A DNA stretch of 64,000 bases from Hyphomicrobium sp. (GCA_035547255.1 DASZVX010000156.1:708-64707), one strand, 5' to 3'. Counted from the first letter of the stretch, positions 26,122 to 36,667 are shown. Numbers and translations are program-made. Notes: generated by a model from the sequence alone, not told the origin.

Positions 26122-26697
26122 TCATGCCGGCCACTCAGTGATCAGCGCATCGACGACCGGGCGTTCGCGCTCGTCCGGCTTTTCCATCGGCTGGCCCATA
26201 TAGATGAAGCCCGCGATCCGCTCGGACTCCTTGAGGCCAAGGGCTTCGCGCACTGTCTTGCTATAGGCAATCCATTCGGTGATCCACGACGTGCCGAAGC
26301 CCAGCGCATTGGCGGCGAGGCAGGTGTTGAAGCAGACGGCCGCGGCGGACAGGATCTGCTCCCATTCGGGGGCGCCGGGACGCGGTCTGATCGACGATAC
26401 GACGGCGACGACCAGAGGCGCGCGCAGGAATCGACCGCGCTCGAGCTCCAGTCTGACGTGCGAGGGCGGCTGGCTTTCTTCCTGCTCGCAGGCTTTGGCG
26501 AAAACTTCCCCCATGTTTTTCCGGGCGTCGCCCTCGAAAACGATAAACCGCCACGGCGTCAGCTTTTTATGGTCGGGAACGCGCGTGCCGACGGTCAAAA
26601 TCTGGCGGAGTTGCTCAGGCGTCGGACCGGGCGCGGCGAGACGGTCCGGCTTCACCGAGCGCCTTGCCGCAAGAAATTCAAAAATCGAGGTATTCAT
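26122..26697 (-). CDS. Nitroreductase (YdjA-like)
   Basis: RRSV, PGP, RVPDH.KL.PWRFIV, RAPLVV.VV, WEQILS, GF...WITEW. Confidence 0.9.
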   Translation of the reverse strand: MNTSIFEFLAARRSVKPDRLAAPGPTPEQLRQILTVGTRVPDHKKLTPWRFIVFEGDARKNMGEVFAKACEQEESQPPSHVRLELERGRFLRAPLVVAVVSSIRPRPGAPEWEQILSAAAVCFNTCLAANALGFGTSWITEWIAYSKTVREALGLKESERIAGFIYMGQPMEKPDERERPVVDALITEWPA

Positions 26698-26790
26698 GTC
26701 TCGTTCCGTTTCGTTCTTGTTGGCGTCTCGCTATCGCAGGCCGCCGCCTGTTACAATTGGAATCGGAACAAGAATGGCGTGAGGGGAACG

Positions 26791-28713
26791 ATGCGCCTTA
26801 GGCTTTTGCACTTTGTCGCGGTTCTGGCGGCCGTGTTTGCCGTTGTCGGCGCGTTCCCCGCTGCGCATGCGGGCGACGCACCGACCGCGATGCTGATCGT
26901 CGACGGGTCCGGGTCGATGTGGGCGCGGCTGCCGCCCGACGGCAGACCGAAGATCGACGTTGTGCGCCAAAAACTCGCGACCATTCTGCAAATGCCATCA
27001 TCGACGCGCGTCGGGCTCGTGTCGTTCGGCCATCGCCGTCGCGGCGATTGCAACGACGTAGAGCTGATCGCGCCGCCGGATAGCCCGCGCGACGCTCTCC
27101 TCGGCCCGCTTGCGAAGCTCAACCCAAGAGGGCCGGGTCCAGTCACTGCCGCCTTGAAGGTCGCGGCGCAAGCGCTCGGCTCCTCGCGCCCTGCGCAGAT
27201 CGTCATCGTCGGTGACGGCGCCGACAATTGTCAGCAGGACACCTGTGCCGCCGCGACCGATTTTGCGAAGTCGACGCCCGGCGTCGCGGTGCAGGTGATC
27301 GGCATCGGCATTCCCGCATCCGACCAGCCGCGCATCGCGTGCGTCGCTCAGGCGACGGGCGGCCATTACTACGACGTCGCAGACGCGACCGGACTCGACG
27401 CGGCGCTCGATGAAGCGACAAAGCTTGCGATCCTTGCGCCCGGAACACCGAGCGTTGCCGCGAAAAGCAAAGAGCCGACCGCGCCGCCGCCTCCGAAGGG
27501 CGCAACGCTACGCGCCTCGGCCAGCCTCGCAAAAGGAAGCCCCCTTCTCACCGTGCCCATGCACTGGCGCATTTTCAAAGCGGGCGACAAAGCCGTCGCC
27601 GGCCAAACCACGGCTCCGGAAGTCAGCGCCAAGCTCGTGGCGGGAAGCTACGACATCGAGGTTGAACTCGGCTCCGTCGTCGCGCGGCAGAAAATAACGG
27701 TTACAGACGGCACGGCCGAAAGCATCATCATTCCGCTCGACGCCGCGCATCTCAAGGTCCGCGCTTCTGCGGCCAAAGGCGGCGCACCGTCGGAGACAGC
27801 GACGATGACGGTCGCATCCGGAGACAAACCCATCGCCATCGGCCGCAACGGCGTGATCGATCTCTATCTGCCGCCCGCCGACTACACCGTAGCGATTGCA
27901 GACGGCACCGCGCACACAAGCCAGACCCTTTCGCTCAGCGCAGGCGACGACAAATTGGACGATGTGGCGCTCGGCACGGGACGTGTCGATCTCTCCGCGA
28001 CGACGGGAACGCAAGGCGCGGCAATCGACGATCTCGTCTACACGATTTTCGAAGATGACCCCGAAAGTCCGAACGGGCGGCGCGAGGTCGCTCGCTCGCA
28101 CGCCAGCGAAGCGAGCTTCATTCTACCGGCCGGAACCTACTACGTGAGCGCGCGTTCGGGTGCAGCCGACGTTCGGCAACGGATCGCAGTCGGTATCGGG
28201 GAAACCGTAAAGCAAGCGCTTTCCCTCAACCTTGCACCCTTGAAACTTTCGGCCATCGTCGCGGGGGCACCGGCAACGGCCGCGCAAGGCGTCGTCTATA
28301 GGATCGACAGAGCTGACGGCGACAACGCTCGCATCGCCCGCGCGGTCGGACCAGACGCCGCCTTCACCCTGCCACCTGGGCGCTATACCGTCAGCGCTTC
28401 ACTTGCGGCGTACCCGCTGTCGGCCGTGCAAGAGATTACCCTCGAAGCCGGAAAACCGACGGAAGCGACGCTGACGATCGAAGGCGGAATGGTGAGTTTC
28501 AAACCGCCTGCCGGAATCGTCACCAGCGACGTCTATTGGGAAGTCGTGAACGACAAAGGATCGGCGGTCTGGCGCAAGACGGGCCTCGACGCGAAGACAT
28601 TGCTGGCGCCAGGACACTACAAAGTCCGTTTCGAAGCCCAAAGCACACGCCGTGAAGCCGACTTCGACGTTCGGGCCGGCGAAACGAAAGACGTCGAGAT
28701 CGGCCGAGGATGA
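26791..28713 (+). CDS. Exported vWA-domain protein with repeated beta-sandwich modules
   Basis: Signal peptide; DGSGSMW MIDAS, GHRRRGDC.D.E, DG.DNC; repeated L.PG.Y.V motifs. Confidence 0.85.
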   Translation: MRLRLLHFVAVLAAVFAVVGAFPAAHAGDAPTAMLIVDGSGSMWARLPPDGRPKIDVVRQKLATILQMPSSTRVGLVSFGHRRRGDCNDVELIAPPDSPRDALLGPLAKLNPRGPGPVTAALKVAAQALGSSRPAQIVIVGDGADNCQQDTCAAATDFAKSTPGVAVQVIGIGIPASDQPRIACVAQATGGHYYDVADATGLDAALDEATKLAILAPGTPSVAAKSKEPTAPPPPKGATLRASASLAKGSPLLTVPMHWRIFKAGDKAVAGQTTAPEVSAKLVAGSYDIEVELGSVVARQKITVTDGTAESIIIPLDAAHLKVRASAAKGGAPSETATMTVASGDKPIAIGRNGVIDLYLPPADYTVAIADGTAHTSQTLSLSAGDDKLDDVALGTGRVDLSATTGTQGAAIDDLVYTIFEDDPESPNGRREVARSHASEASFILPAGTYYVSARSGAADVRQRIAVGIGETVKQALSLNLAPLKLSAIVAGAPATAAQGVVYRIDRADGDNARIARAVGPDAAFTLPPGRYTVSASLAAYPLSAVQEITLEAGKPTEATLTIEGGMVSFKPPAGIVTSDVYWEVVNDKGSAVWRKTGLDAKTLLAPGHYKVRFEAQSTRREADFDVRAGETKDVEIGRG

Positions 28714-29849
28714 TGCAGGCTCCGAACCAGTCAAACCTTGCTAACGACAGCGCCCCCATGCTGCGATCGCCGTCACGATTTTTCGCGCGCGGGGTTTGCG
28801 AATTCGCGTCCGCACTCATGGCGCTTGCAGCGATTTTCCTGCTCGCTTTCTCTCAGCCGTCGCTCGCAATCGAGCCCATCCCGGACGGGCCGCCGAGCGG
28901 TCCGCTCAATCTTCACATCCCGCCACACAAACCGACAAGCAAAGCTCCGAACAACACCACCGTTATCGAGCGGGGTGGAAAGGCCGACCTTCCGTCGGTC
29001 AGACTCGTCGCCTTGCTGACGGGCGATGGACAGCAGATCGACGAAGGGCTTGTCTGGCGCGTTTTTCAAACCGCGGGGCCGACCGGAAAGGCGAAGCTCG
29101 TTCTCGAATCCCACGAGGCGACGCCGCTCGTGAAACTTCAGCCGGGCGACTATACCGTCAACGCCGCGTTCGGACGGGCCAACCTCACGCGCAAGATCGC
29201 CGTCAAACGCGACGGTCCGCCGTATGAAGCCTTCGTCCTCAATGCGGGCGGGCTCAGGCTCGCAGCGATGATCGGCGGCAAACCGGCTCCGCCGGGGGCC
29301 GTCACCTATTCCATTTATGCCGACGACCACGATCAGTTCGACAACCGCTCGATGGTGATCAGCGGCGCCAAGCCGAACCTCATCATCCGGCTCAATTCGG
29401 GCATCTACCGGATCGTATCGCAGTACGGCGACGCCAACGCCAAGATCGAGGCGGACGTCACGGTCGAAGCGGGCAAGCTCACGGAAACGACCGTTACGCA
29501 TACGGGCGGCAAGGCGACGTTCAAGCTCGTCACGCGCTCGGGCGGCGAAGCGATGCCCGATACCCGCTGGACGATCCAGACGGACGACGGCGAGATCGTG
29601 AAGGAAAGCGTCGGCGCTTTGCCGACGCACGTGCTGGCGCCGGGGAAGTATGTCGCCATCGCATCGTCCGGGGGACGCCTCTACAAAAGCCGCTTCGAGA
29701 TCGCCGATGGCGATATCAAGAGCGTCGAAGTGCTGATGGCGGCTGCAGCCGCAGGTTCCGATACGGCAGGTGCGACGGACATCGCTCCGACGAGCGAGTC
29801 TGGACTCGGCGGCATCGGCAAACCGTCCTTCGATTTCAAAACTCCGTAA
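28710..29849 (+). CDS. Exported hypothetical protein with repeated beta-sandwich modules
   Basis: GLVWRVF, L.PGDY.V.A.FGRA, LNAGGL, YGDANA, L.PG.Y.A; coupled to the vWA gene. Confidence 0.75.
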   Translation: MMQAPNQSNLANDSAPMLRSPSRFFARGVCEFASALMALAAIFLLAFSQPSLAIEPIPDGPPSGPLNLHIPPHKPTSKAPNNTTVIERGGKADLPSVRLVALLTGDGQQIDEGLVWRVFQTAGPTGKAKLVLESHEATPLVKLQPGDYTVNAAFGRANLTRKIAVKRDGPPYEAFVLNAGGLRLAAMIGGKPAPPGAVTYSIYADDHDQFDNRSMVISGAKPNLIIRLNSGIYRIVSQYGDANAKIEADVTVEAGKLTETTVTHTGGKATFKLVTRSGGEAMPDTRWTIQTDDGEIVKESVGALPTHVLAPGKYVAIASSGGRLYKSRFEIADGDIKSVEVLMAAAAAGSDTAGATDIAPTSESGLGGIGKPSFDFKTP

Positions 29850-30378
29850 GCACCCAGTCGGTCGGGCAGCCGTGGTCACGCATGAGCTTCTCGACCCGCG
29901 CGTACTCTTCGGTCTGGCCACTCGCCTGGAAAGCTCCGCGCGCCAGATGCCAATGCTCGCAGGCGCTCGTCAGGTCGCCTGCGTTGTAGGCGACTTCCGC
30001 GAGCTGCATCCGTGCTGACGCATGAGATGCCTCGGGTCCATAAAGTGATGCGCAGGCGGCCGCCGATGTCAGCGCCGACATTCGAGCTTTTTCATCGCCG
30101 AGCTTTTGACATGCGCGTGCTTGCGCGAGGTAGAGATCCGCGAGCGCCGCTTTGTTGTCCGCGGTTTTCGCTGCATCGATACGACGGCCGATGGTCACGG
30201 CGTCTTCGTCTAGGACGGCCGCGGAATAGGCCTGCTCGACGGAACCACGGCGCTGCTGCGCGGCCCGTTTGGTCGCGATGCCGCGCACGAGCAGAAACAC
30301 GAGCGTAAGGATGACCGCGACCGGAATCGCGAAGATCAATTCGCGCGGAAGCATCTCGAATATTGCTTGGCCCGTCAC
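29836..30378 (-). CDS. Membrane-anchored TPR-like helical protein
   Basis: N-terminal TM, Ala/Leu helical repeats, ACEHW..AR..F...CPTDWVL. Confidence 0.6.
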   Translation of the reverse strand: MTGQAIFEMLPRELIFAIPVAVILTLVFLLVRGIATKRAAQQRRGSVEQAYSAAVLDEDAVTIGRRIDAAKTADNKAALADLYLAQARACQKLGDEKARMSALTSAAACASLYGPEASHASARMQLAEVAYNAGDLTSACEHWHLARGAFQASGQTEEYARVEKLMRDHGCPTDWVLTEF

Positions 30379-30439
30379 CGCCCTGCCCTGTCGATAGGTT
30401 CCGGCCTTGCGCTCGCGGCACGAGGAGCCGCAATCCCAT

Positions 30440-31480
30440 TTAGCGCATCGGCGCGGAGTACATCAGACCGCCTTTGGTCCACAGATTGTTGAGCCCGCGA
30501 TCGAGTTTCAACGCCGATCCCTGGCCAAGCGTGCGGTCGAAAATTTCGCCGTAGTTGCCGACCTGCCTGACGACCTGATAGGCCCAGTCGCGCGACAGCC
30601 CGAGTGGAGCGCCGACATCCGCCTCAAGACCCAGGAAGCGGCGAATATCGTGGACGGGCGAGGCCTTCATCGTGTCGACATTGCTGCTATTGATACCGAG
30701 CTCCTCGGCAGCGACCAGAGCCATGAATGTCCAGCGCACGACCGCGAACCAGGCGTCGTGGCCAATTTTTACGGCAGGGCCTAGCGGCTCCTTGCTGATA
30801 TATTCCGGCAGCAGCATGTGATCGGCGCCGTTCGCAAGACGGCTGCGCTCGTAAGCGAGTAGCGACATGTCGCCCGTCAGAACCGTACAGCCGCCGGCGG
30901 CGTAAGTTTTGACGAGATTGTCCCAGCGATCCGATGTGATGAGCTGGTAGCGCATTTTCCGCGCGCCGAAATAATCGGCAATCGCGATTTCATCCGCCGA
31001 TCCCGGCAGCACGCAAATCGACGCGCCGGACAGCTCGAGCACGCTTGAGATCGAATGATTGCGCGGCACGATGAAGCCTTGCCCATCGTAGTAGAGCGCC
31101 GCAGCGAAGCGCGCCCCGAGCTCGGTATCGCGCGTCAGCGTCCAAGCCGTCGCGCCCATCAGAACGTCGATTTCATTGTCGCGCAGCGCATTGAATTTGT
31201 CGCTCGGCATCAAGCTCAGGAACTTGACCGAGTCCTTGTTGCCCAAGACCGCGGCTGCCAAGGCAGAGCAGAATTCGACGTCGAGGCCGCTCCAGGTTCC
31301 GCTGCCACTCACCTCGCTGAACCCCGGTGCATGATCGCTGACGCCACAGACGACTTGGCCACGCTTGCGAATGGCATCGAGGACGCTGGTTTCGCTCCAG
31401 GCCGGAGCACAAAATCCGGCAACCATCGACCCGATGGCCAAGGCCAGCGCCATGCACCTTAATCCAATTTTCATCTGCAC
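30440..31480 (-). CDS. Amino-acid ABC transporter substrate-binding protein (AapJ/BztA family)
   Basis: GLDVEFC.ALAAAV, WTL.RD, YYDGQGF, ISKEPLGP.V, VGNYGEIF.R, RGLN.LW.KGG..YS.P.R. Confidence 0.9.
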   Translation of the reverse strand: MQMKIGLRCMALALAIGSMVAGFCAPAWSETSVLDAIRKRGQVVCGVSDHAPGFSEVSGSGTWSGLDVEFCSALAAAVLGNKDSVKFLSLMPSDKFNALRDNEIDVLMGATAWTLTRDTELGARFAAALYYDGQGFIVPRNHSISSVLELSGASICVLPGSADEIAIADYFGARKMRYQLITSDRWDNLVKTYAAGGCTVLTGDMSLLAYERSRLANGADHMLLPEYISKEPLGPAVKIGHDAWFAVVRWTFMALVAAEELGINSSNVDTMKASPVHDIRRFLGLEADVGAPLGLSRDWAYQVVRQVGNYGEIFDRTLGQGSALKLDRGLNNLWTKGGLMYSAPMR

Positions 31481-31679
31481 TTTCCGGCGGACCGTTCACC
31501 GAGCGTTCAATCAATAGGATCGTCGTGAAGCAACAAATGCGGCCGCCGATTCACGGCTGCCTTAATCATCCCGATCGCTGGGAACCCACACATCCCGCGC
31601 CAGAGCGTGACGGTCAAGGCCTTGACCGCGCTCGAAACTTGCGCCACGAGGTCCAAACGTGCCCCCGGAGACGCAAGAC

Positions 31680-32864
31680 ATGACTGACAAGGACGATCGT
31701 TCCCACGGGGCGGCACGGCCGGAAACAAAGGTCGTTCACCTCGGAAGAGACCCCTTCGAGCACCACGGCTTCGTCAATCCGCCAGTTTATCGGGGCTCGA
31801 CGGTTCTTTACAAAACCCTCGACGCCATCAAGTCCCGGCAGCAGCCCTACACATACGGGCGGCGTGCCACGCCGACGACCCGGGCTCTCGAAGACGCCAT
31901 CACCGATCTCGAAGGCGGCGCCGTCACAATCCTAACCTCATCGGGCCTCGGCGCAGTTTCGACAGCCATTCTGGCGTTCGTCTCTGCAGGCGATCACATC
32001 CTACTCACCGACAGCGCCTACCAGCCGGGACGCGCCTTTGCCGATCGCATGCTGAAAAGGCTTGGCGTCGAGACGACCTATTACGATCCGCTTGCCGGCG
32101 CCGGCATCGCCAAGCTCTTCCGCCCGAACACGCGCCTCGTCCTGGTCGAAAGCCCGGGATCGCAGACGTTCGAGATGCAGGACATTCCGGCGATCGCTGC
32201 GGCGGCGCACGCTCGCGACATCTGGGTTCTTGCCGACAACACCTGGGCGACGCCGCTCTTTTCCAAACCGCTGGCGCTTGGCGCCGACGTCTCGATCCAG
32301 GCGGCGACGAAATATATCGTCGGTCACGCGGACGCCATGCTCGGCGCGGTGACGGCGAACGCGCGCGCGGCGCGCTTGCTCGATCACGCCAAAGAAGCGC
32401 TCGGAACCTGCCCCGGCTCGGAAGAAACCTATCTCGGCCTGCGCGGGCTTCGGACGCTCGACGTTCGTCTCGAACGGCATCAGAAATCGGCGCTCGCAGT
32501 TGCCGAATGGCTTTCTTCGCGGCCCGAGGTCGATCGCGTTCTCTATCCCGCTTTGCCAAGCGATCCGGGACACGCAATCTGGAAGCGCGACTACTCGGGC
32601 GCGAGCGGATTGTTCACGGCGGTTCTGAAGCCCGTTTCCGAAGATGCGCTGGCCGCATTTCTCGATGGGCTGACGCTGTTCGGGATGGGTTATTCATGGG
32701 GCGGTTATGAAAGCCTCGTCATCCCGTTCGATCCGACGAGCTATCGCACGGCGACGAAATGGACGGGGCCTGGACCTGCGCTACGCTTTCACATCGGGCT
32801 CGAAGCGGTCGAAGATCTCATCCGCGATCTCGACGCCGGATTTGCGCGACTCAAAACCTCATAA
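31680..32864 (+). CDS. metC: Cystathionine beta-lyase
   Basis: VNPPVYRGST, YGRR.TPT, ESPGSQTFE.QD, DNTWATP, TKYIVGH, GYSWGGYESL. Confidence 0.94.
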   Translation: MTDKDDRSHGAARPETKVVHLGRDPFEHHGFVNPPVYRGSTVLYKTLDAIKSRQQPYTYGRRATPTTRALEDAITDLEGGAVTILTSSGLGAVSTAILAFVSAGDHILLTDSAYQPGRAFADRMLKRLGVETTYYDPLAGAGIAKLFRPNTRLVLVESPGSQTFEMQDIPAIAAAAHARDIWVLADNTWATPLFSKPLALGADVSIQAATKYIVGHADAMLGAVTANARAARLLDHAKEALGTCPGSEETYLGLRGLRTLDVRLERHQKSALAVAEWLSSRPEVDRVLYPALPSDPGHAIWKRDYSGASGLFTAVLKPVSEDALAAFLDGLTLFGMGYSWGGYESLVIPFDPTSYRTATKWTGPGPALRFHIGLEAVEDLIRDLDAGFARLKTS

Positions 32865-32880
32865 TTCAATACGCAGCAGG

Positions 32881-34725
32881 TCAGAAGCCGAGCGCTTTGC
32901 GGATCATGTCGCCGACGGTGTTGTTGTAACGCTCGTACCCGGCTGATCCGAAATTGCTCGTGACGCCCATTGGCGGATCGAAGTCGTCACGGCTTTTTTT
33001 CGAGCGCGCGCCGCCGCGCAAACGAACCTCTTTCAACATCGACGTGTCGACCGCTGCCAAGTGGTCCTTGCCGACGTCGATCTGTTTCCACTTGCCTGCC
33101 AGCGCCAGCGTGATGCGCTTCTGGTGACCATAGTAGTCTTTGAAATATTGCGGCTTGCCATCGTCGCCGACCCACACCGTAAAGTAGCCGACATGCACCG
33201 GGATCGGCGTATCGAGCGTGACGTTGTTGTCCTTTGGGCCCTTGCGAACGAGCCATTTGACATCGAGCGCGCCCTGACCGCGATCGATATCGAGAATGTC
33301 CTGGGCGAAAACCTGAGGATTGCGCACGCGCATGCAGCCGTGACTGAACAGACGCACGCGTTCATCGAAGAGATACCGCGACGGCGTATCGTGCAGATAG
33401 ACCGAGTGCTTGTTCGGGAAAAGGAACTTGACGAGACCCAAGGCGTTGTCGTCGCCTGACGGCTGATAGAATGTATATTCGCTCAATTTGGCTTTCGCCC
33501 AATTCACACGGGTGCTGTCGACCGTGTGACCATTGCGCATGACGATGTAGCCCTGCTGCTCGATCGACCGTCCCGACAGCAGTGCTGTCAGCTTGATCGA
33601 GTCCGGAAGGTTCCATTCGGGCCTCAAGACGATCGTCTTCATGTTTTTCGAGAAGATCGGTGTCTGTTTTGCCGCCGTGCCGACCACGACACGATCTTCG
33701 AAAATGCTCTTCCCGTCTTTCGTCAGCCGAATTGAAAATGCGGGAACGTTGACGAAGACGTGTGTCGCGCCGAGAGACCGCGGCATCCATCGCCATTCTT
33801 CCATATTGGCAATGACGGCAGTGATCTTGTCAGCGTTGTTTTCCGAGCCGTCCCCCGCAAGTGCAGCGCGCGTCGCCGGACCGACAAATCCGTCGGCCTC
33901 TAAGGAAGCGGAAGCCTGGAATTTTTTCACGGCAGCAACGAGCGCTGCGTCGAACGAGGTTTCTTCACCCGGAGCCGACGCAATACCGAAGCGCTTTTTC
34001 AGAGTTGCAACCTCGGGACTCTTGGTATCGCGCTGCAGAGTCGGCCCGCGTTTTGCGATCTGGATATCTTGCGGCGCACCGGCCTCTTTGCCGCGCAGGG
34101 TCGCGAGCAGCGCCTTCAATTTCAGGAATTGATCTGCGGACGGCTGGAACGCGCGCAATACGGCGTCTGGATTCGGCGTCCGCGAAATTTGATCCAGAAT
34201 ATCCTGGGCGCTCGACAGCAACGGCCGCCGGTCGAGATAGGACGAGAGTTGGCTCTCCGGATCAGGAATGCGCCCGCCTTGCGCCTGATGCGCGTAACGC
34301 AGGACGGATGCCGTGATCTCGAACTCGGCATCGGCCGTCTGCTCGCCTGACCATTGCCCATCGTTTCTCGGCTGATCGAGCGCGACAAACGGAAAATCGG
34401 CAGACTTCATTCCCCAGTCGTCGGCGCGGCGCATCTCGGCGATCGCGAGTTCGGCGGCGCGCGTGGTTCCTCTTTCGTCGACCCAGAGCGGCCTGCAGTC
34501 GCGTCGGGAATAGAAATCGACGATTGCCTGGCGGTCTTCGCTGTCGAAATCCTCGAGTGCGTCCGACGCGAGCCTCGTGCATATCGCCGCCTGGGGTCCG
34601 CTTATGTCGTCCGCGGCAGCCGGAGGCGCCAACGGAGCCAACTCCGGTAGCATCGCCACCAGCAGCCAAAGCCAAGCTCGACAGGTTGCGCGGGCGAGTT
34701 GGACGGGCACCATCATGATGCACAC
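32881..34725 (-). CDS. L,D-transpeptidase (YcbB/LdtD-like) with PG-binding domain
   Basis: NMEEWRW.P, VNVPAF, NALG.VKFLFPN.H.VYLHDTP, SHGCMRV, DYYGH. Confidence 0.92.
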   Translation of the reverse strand: MCIMMVPVQLARATCRAWLWLLVAMLPELAPLAPPAAADDISGPQAAICTRLASDALEDFDSEDRQAIVDFYSRRDCRPLWVDERGTTRAAELAIAEMRRADDWGMKSADFPFVALDQPRNDGQWSGEQTADAEFEITASVLRYAHQAQGGRIPDPESQLSSYLDRRPLLSSAQDILDQISRTPNPDAVLRAFQPSADQFLKLKALLATLRGKEAGAPQDIQIAKRGPTLQRDTKSPEVATLKKRFGIASAPGEETSFDAALVAAVKKFQASASLEADGFVGPATRAALAGDGSENNADKITAVIANMEEWRWMPRSLGATHVFVNVPAFSIRLTKDGKSIFEDRVVVGTAAKQTPIFSKNMKTIVLRPEWNLPDSIKLTALLSGRSIEQQGYIVMRNGHTVDSTRVNWAKAKLSEYTFYQPSGDDNALGLVKFLFPNKHSVYLHDTPSRYLFDERVRLFSHGCMRVRNPQVFAQDILDIDRGQGALDVKWLVRKGPKDNNVTLDTPIPVHVGYFTVWVGDDGKPQYFKDYYGHQKRITLALAGKWKQIDVGKDHLAAVDTSMLKEVRLRGGARSKKSRDDFDPPMGVTSNFGSAGYERYNNTVGDMIRKALGF

Positions 34726-34877
34726 TCGTTACAAAACGCATGTAATGTGCCGATCGGCGCGCCGACTATAACTCGTATTCACGACGCGGCTATAACGAGC
34801 ACCTCGAAATACGACCGCTGGTTAAGCATTCATGAGGCTTTGCCCGGTGATGGGGGCACGCCGAAATATGCTTTTGA

Positions 34878-34953
34878 TGGCGATCCCGGCAGGGCTCGAA
34901 CCTGCAACCTTCGGAGTCGAATTCCGACGCTCTATCCATTGAACTACGGGACC
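34878..34953 (-). tRNA. tRNA-Arg, anticodon UCG
   Basis: GGTCCCG-TA-GTTC-AATGGATA-GAGC-G-TCGGA-ATTCGAC-TCCGA-AGGTT-GCAGG-TTCGAGC-CCTGC-CGGGATC-G-CCA; 76 nt, A20, G73. Confidence 0.9.
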
Positions 34954-35077
34954 GCGACGCGAGTCGCGCACGACTCCTTATCTCCCGGCTTCCGGCTTGT
35001 CGATCCCAATCCACGCCTCATATCGGCGCCAAAGAATCAGGCGAGCCTAATTTTCTGAAAATTCTCTCCAACACCGG

Positions 35078-35102
35078 GGAACTCGAAGGACGCGGACGCG
35101 TT
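35078..35102 (+). promoter_or_regulatory. Sigma-EcfG (general stress) promoter
   Basis: GGAAC-N16-CGTT. Confidence 0.7.
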
Positions 35103-35159
35103 CCGGCTGTTGGGGAAGAGCGTGCGAGTATTCTGCTCAGGGGGGAGAATTCGAACTCG

Positions 35160-35582
35160 ATGACTTACGTCGATCATCGCCTCGGAAACGCCGACATCGC
35201 GCAGATCCGAGGCTACTTTCCGCGCGTCCGTTCCTGCATCGCGCGGTCCCGGGATTGGGGTGCCGAGGCATTTACCGCCTTGTCCTCATTCCTGGCCTAC
35301 CACGCAACAGAGCGCGGCCCGACGCCTTCAGCCTCTGCCTTGGTCTACGGTGGAATTGCCGCTGCGGGGGCCGTCCTTTATGAGGCATGGAACGCTGATA
35401 CTGCCGATTTCGGGCGCCCAACTCAGGGGCTTTTGTGCGAGCGCGGATGCCTGCGCCGTCTGACAAACGACCTCCACGTCAAGGCGACCGATGAAATCCG
35501 GTTGCATCAGGACCTATTCGACCAACGCTTGAGATACGGGCGTACCGTAAGGAGACCCGCGACCATATCTCCGACGTTCTGA
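35160..35582 (+). CDS. Hypothetical protein
   Basis: ORF with GGGGGAG RBS downstream of an EcfG-type promoter; no recognised motif. Confidence 0.45.
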   Translation: MTYVDHRLGNADIAQIRGYFPRVRSCIARSRDWGAEAFTALSSFLAYHATERGPTPSASALVYGGIAAAGAVLYEAWNADTADFGRPTQGLLCERGCLRRLTNDLHVKATDEIRLHQDLFDQRLRYGRTVRRPATISPTF

Positions 35583-35683
35583 CTGACCGGGACACCGTCC
35601 CGAACCACGTTAACACCCAAGACGACCCTGTCTGCGACTTGAGCGCCGAACCCTCCAGGTTCGGCGCTTTTTTGCGCCGCCTC

Positions 35684-36667
35684 TCAGGCTCCGTATCCCC
35701 CAATGACGGGAAGGATTTCGCCTGTGATGTAGCTCGAACAACAGGGCGCGGCCATGAACACAAACGCCGGCGCGATCTCTTCGGGCTGTGCCGCACGCCG
35801 CATCGCCGACGTCGTGCCGAACTTCGTCACGGCCTCCGCCGGGCGATCCGCCGGATTGAGCGGTGTCCACACGGGCCCAGGCGCAACCGCGTTGACTCGA
35901 ATGCCCTTGTCGATGAGCTGCGACGAGAGCGAGCGTGTAAATGCATGGATGCCGCCCTTGGTCATCGAATAGTCGAGAAGTTCCTTGCTGCCCTCGATGC
36001 CCGTGACCGATCCCGTCATCACAATCGAAGAGCCGGGCTTCATATGCGGGACGGCGGCACGCACCATATAGAAGTAGCCATAGAGGTTGGTCTTCAGCGT
36101 GCGATCGAAGTGCTCGGCCGTCAACTCAAGAATGTCAGATGTGTGCTGCTGGAAGGCAGCGTTGTTGACAAGGATGTCGAGCTTGCCGAGTTCCTCGACG
36201 GTCTTCTCGACTGCCGATGTGCAGAATTCCGAATTTGAAACGTCGCCTCGTATGAGAATGCAGCGCCTGCCTTCCTTCTCGACTGCCGCTTTCGTTACGA
36301 ATGCATCGTCCCGCTCTTCCAGGTAGCAGATCGCGACATCCGCGCCTTCGCGCGCAAAGAGCACCGCCACGGCGCGGCCTATCCCGGAATCGCCGCCGGT
36401 GATCAAGGCCACCATGTCCTTAAGTTTTGCCGAACCTTCATAGCCTGGAGCTTCGAACATCGGCTTCGGCTCAAGTACCTCTTCGCTGCCAGATTTTCTC
36501 TGATGCTGCGCCGGAAACTTTGAAGGATACTTGCGCTCGCCGGCCTGCATCGGCGCTTTCGTCGATTTCGATTCAGACTTAGCGCGCTTGTCGACGAGAT
36601 CGACTTCAGCCTGAATACGCCGCCCCGTTTCTGCCGTCTCCTTTGCATGTTTTTCTTCGCGTGCCAT
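35684..36667 (-). CDS. SDR oxidoreductase (general stress protein 39/YghA-like)
   Basis: TGGDSGIGRAVA, LVNNAA, YSMTK, VNAVAPGPVWTPL. Confidence 0.92.
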   Translation of the reverse strand: MAREEKHAKETAETGRRIQAEVDLVDKRAKSESKSTKAPMQAGERKYPSKFPAQHQRKSGSEEVLEPKPMFEAPGYEGSAKLKDMVALITGGDSGIGRAVAVLFAREGADVAICYLEERDDAFVTKAAVEKEGRRCILIRGDVSNSEFCTSAVEKTVEELGKLDILVNNAAFQQHTSDILELTAEHFDRTLKTNLYGYFYMVRAAVPHMKPGSSIVMTGSVTGIEGSKELLDYSMTKGGIHAFTRSLSSQLIDKGIRVNAVAPGPVWTPLNPADRPAEAVTKFGTTSAMRRAAQPEEIAPAFVFMAAPCCSSYITGEILPVIGGYGA

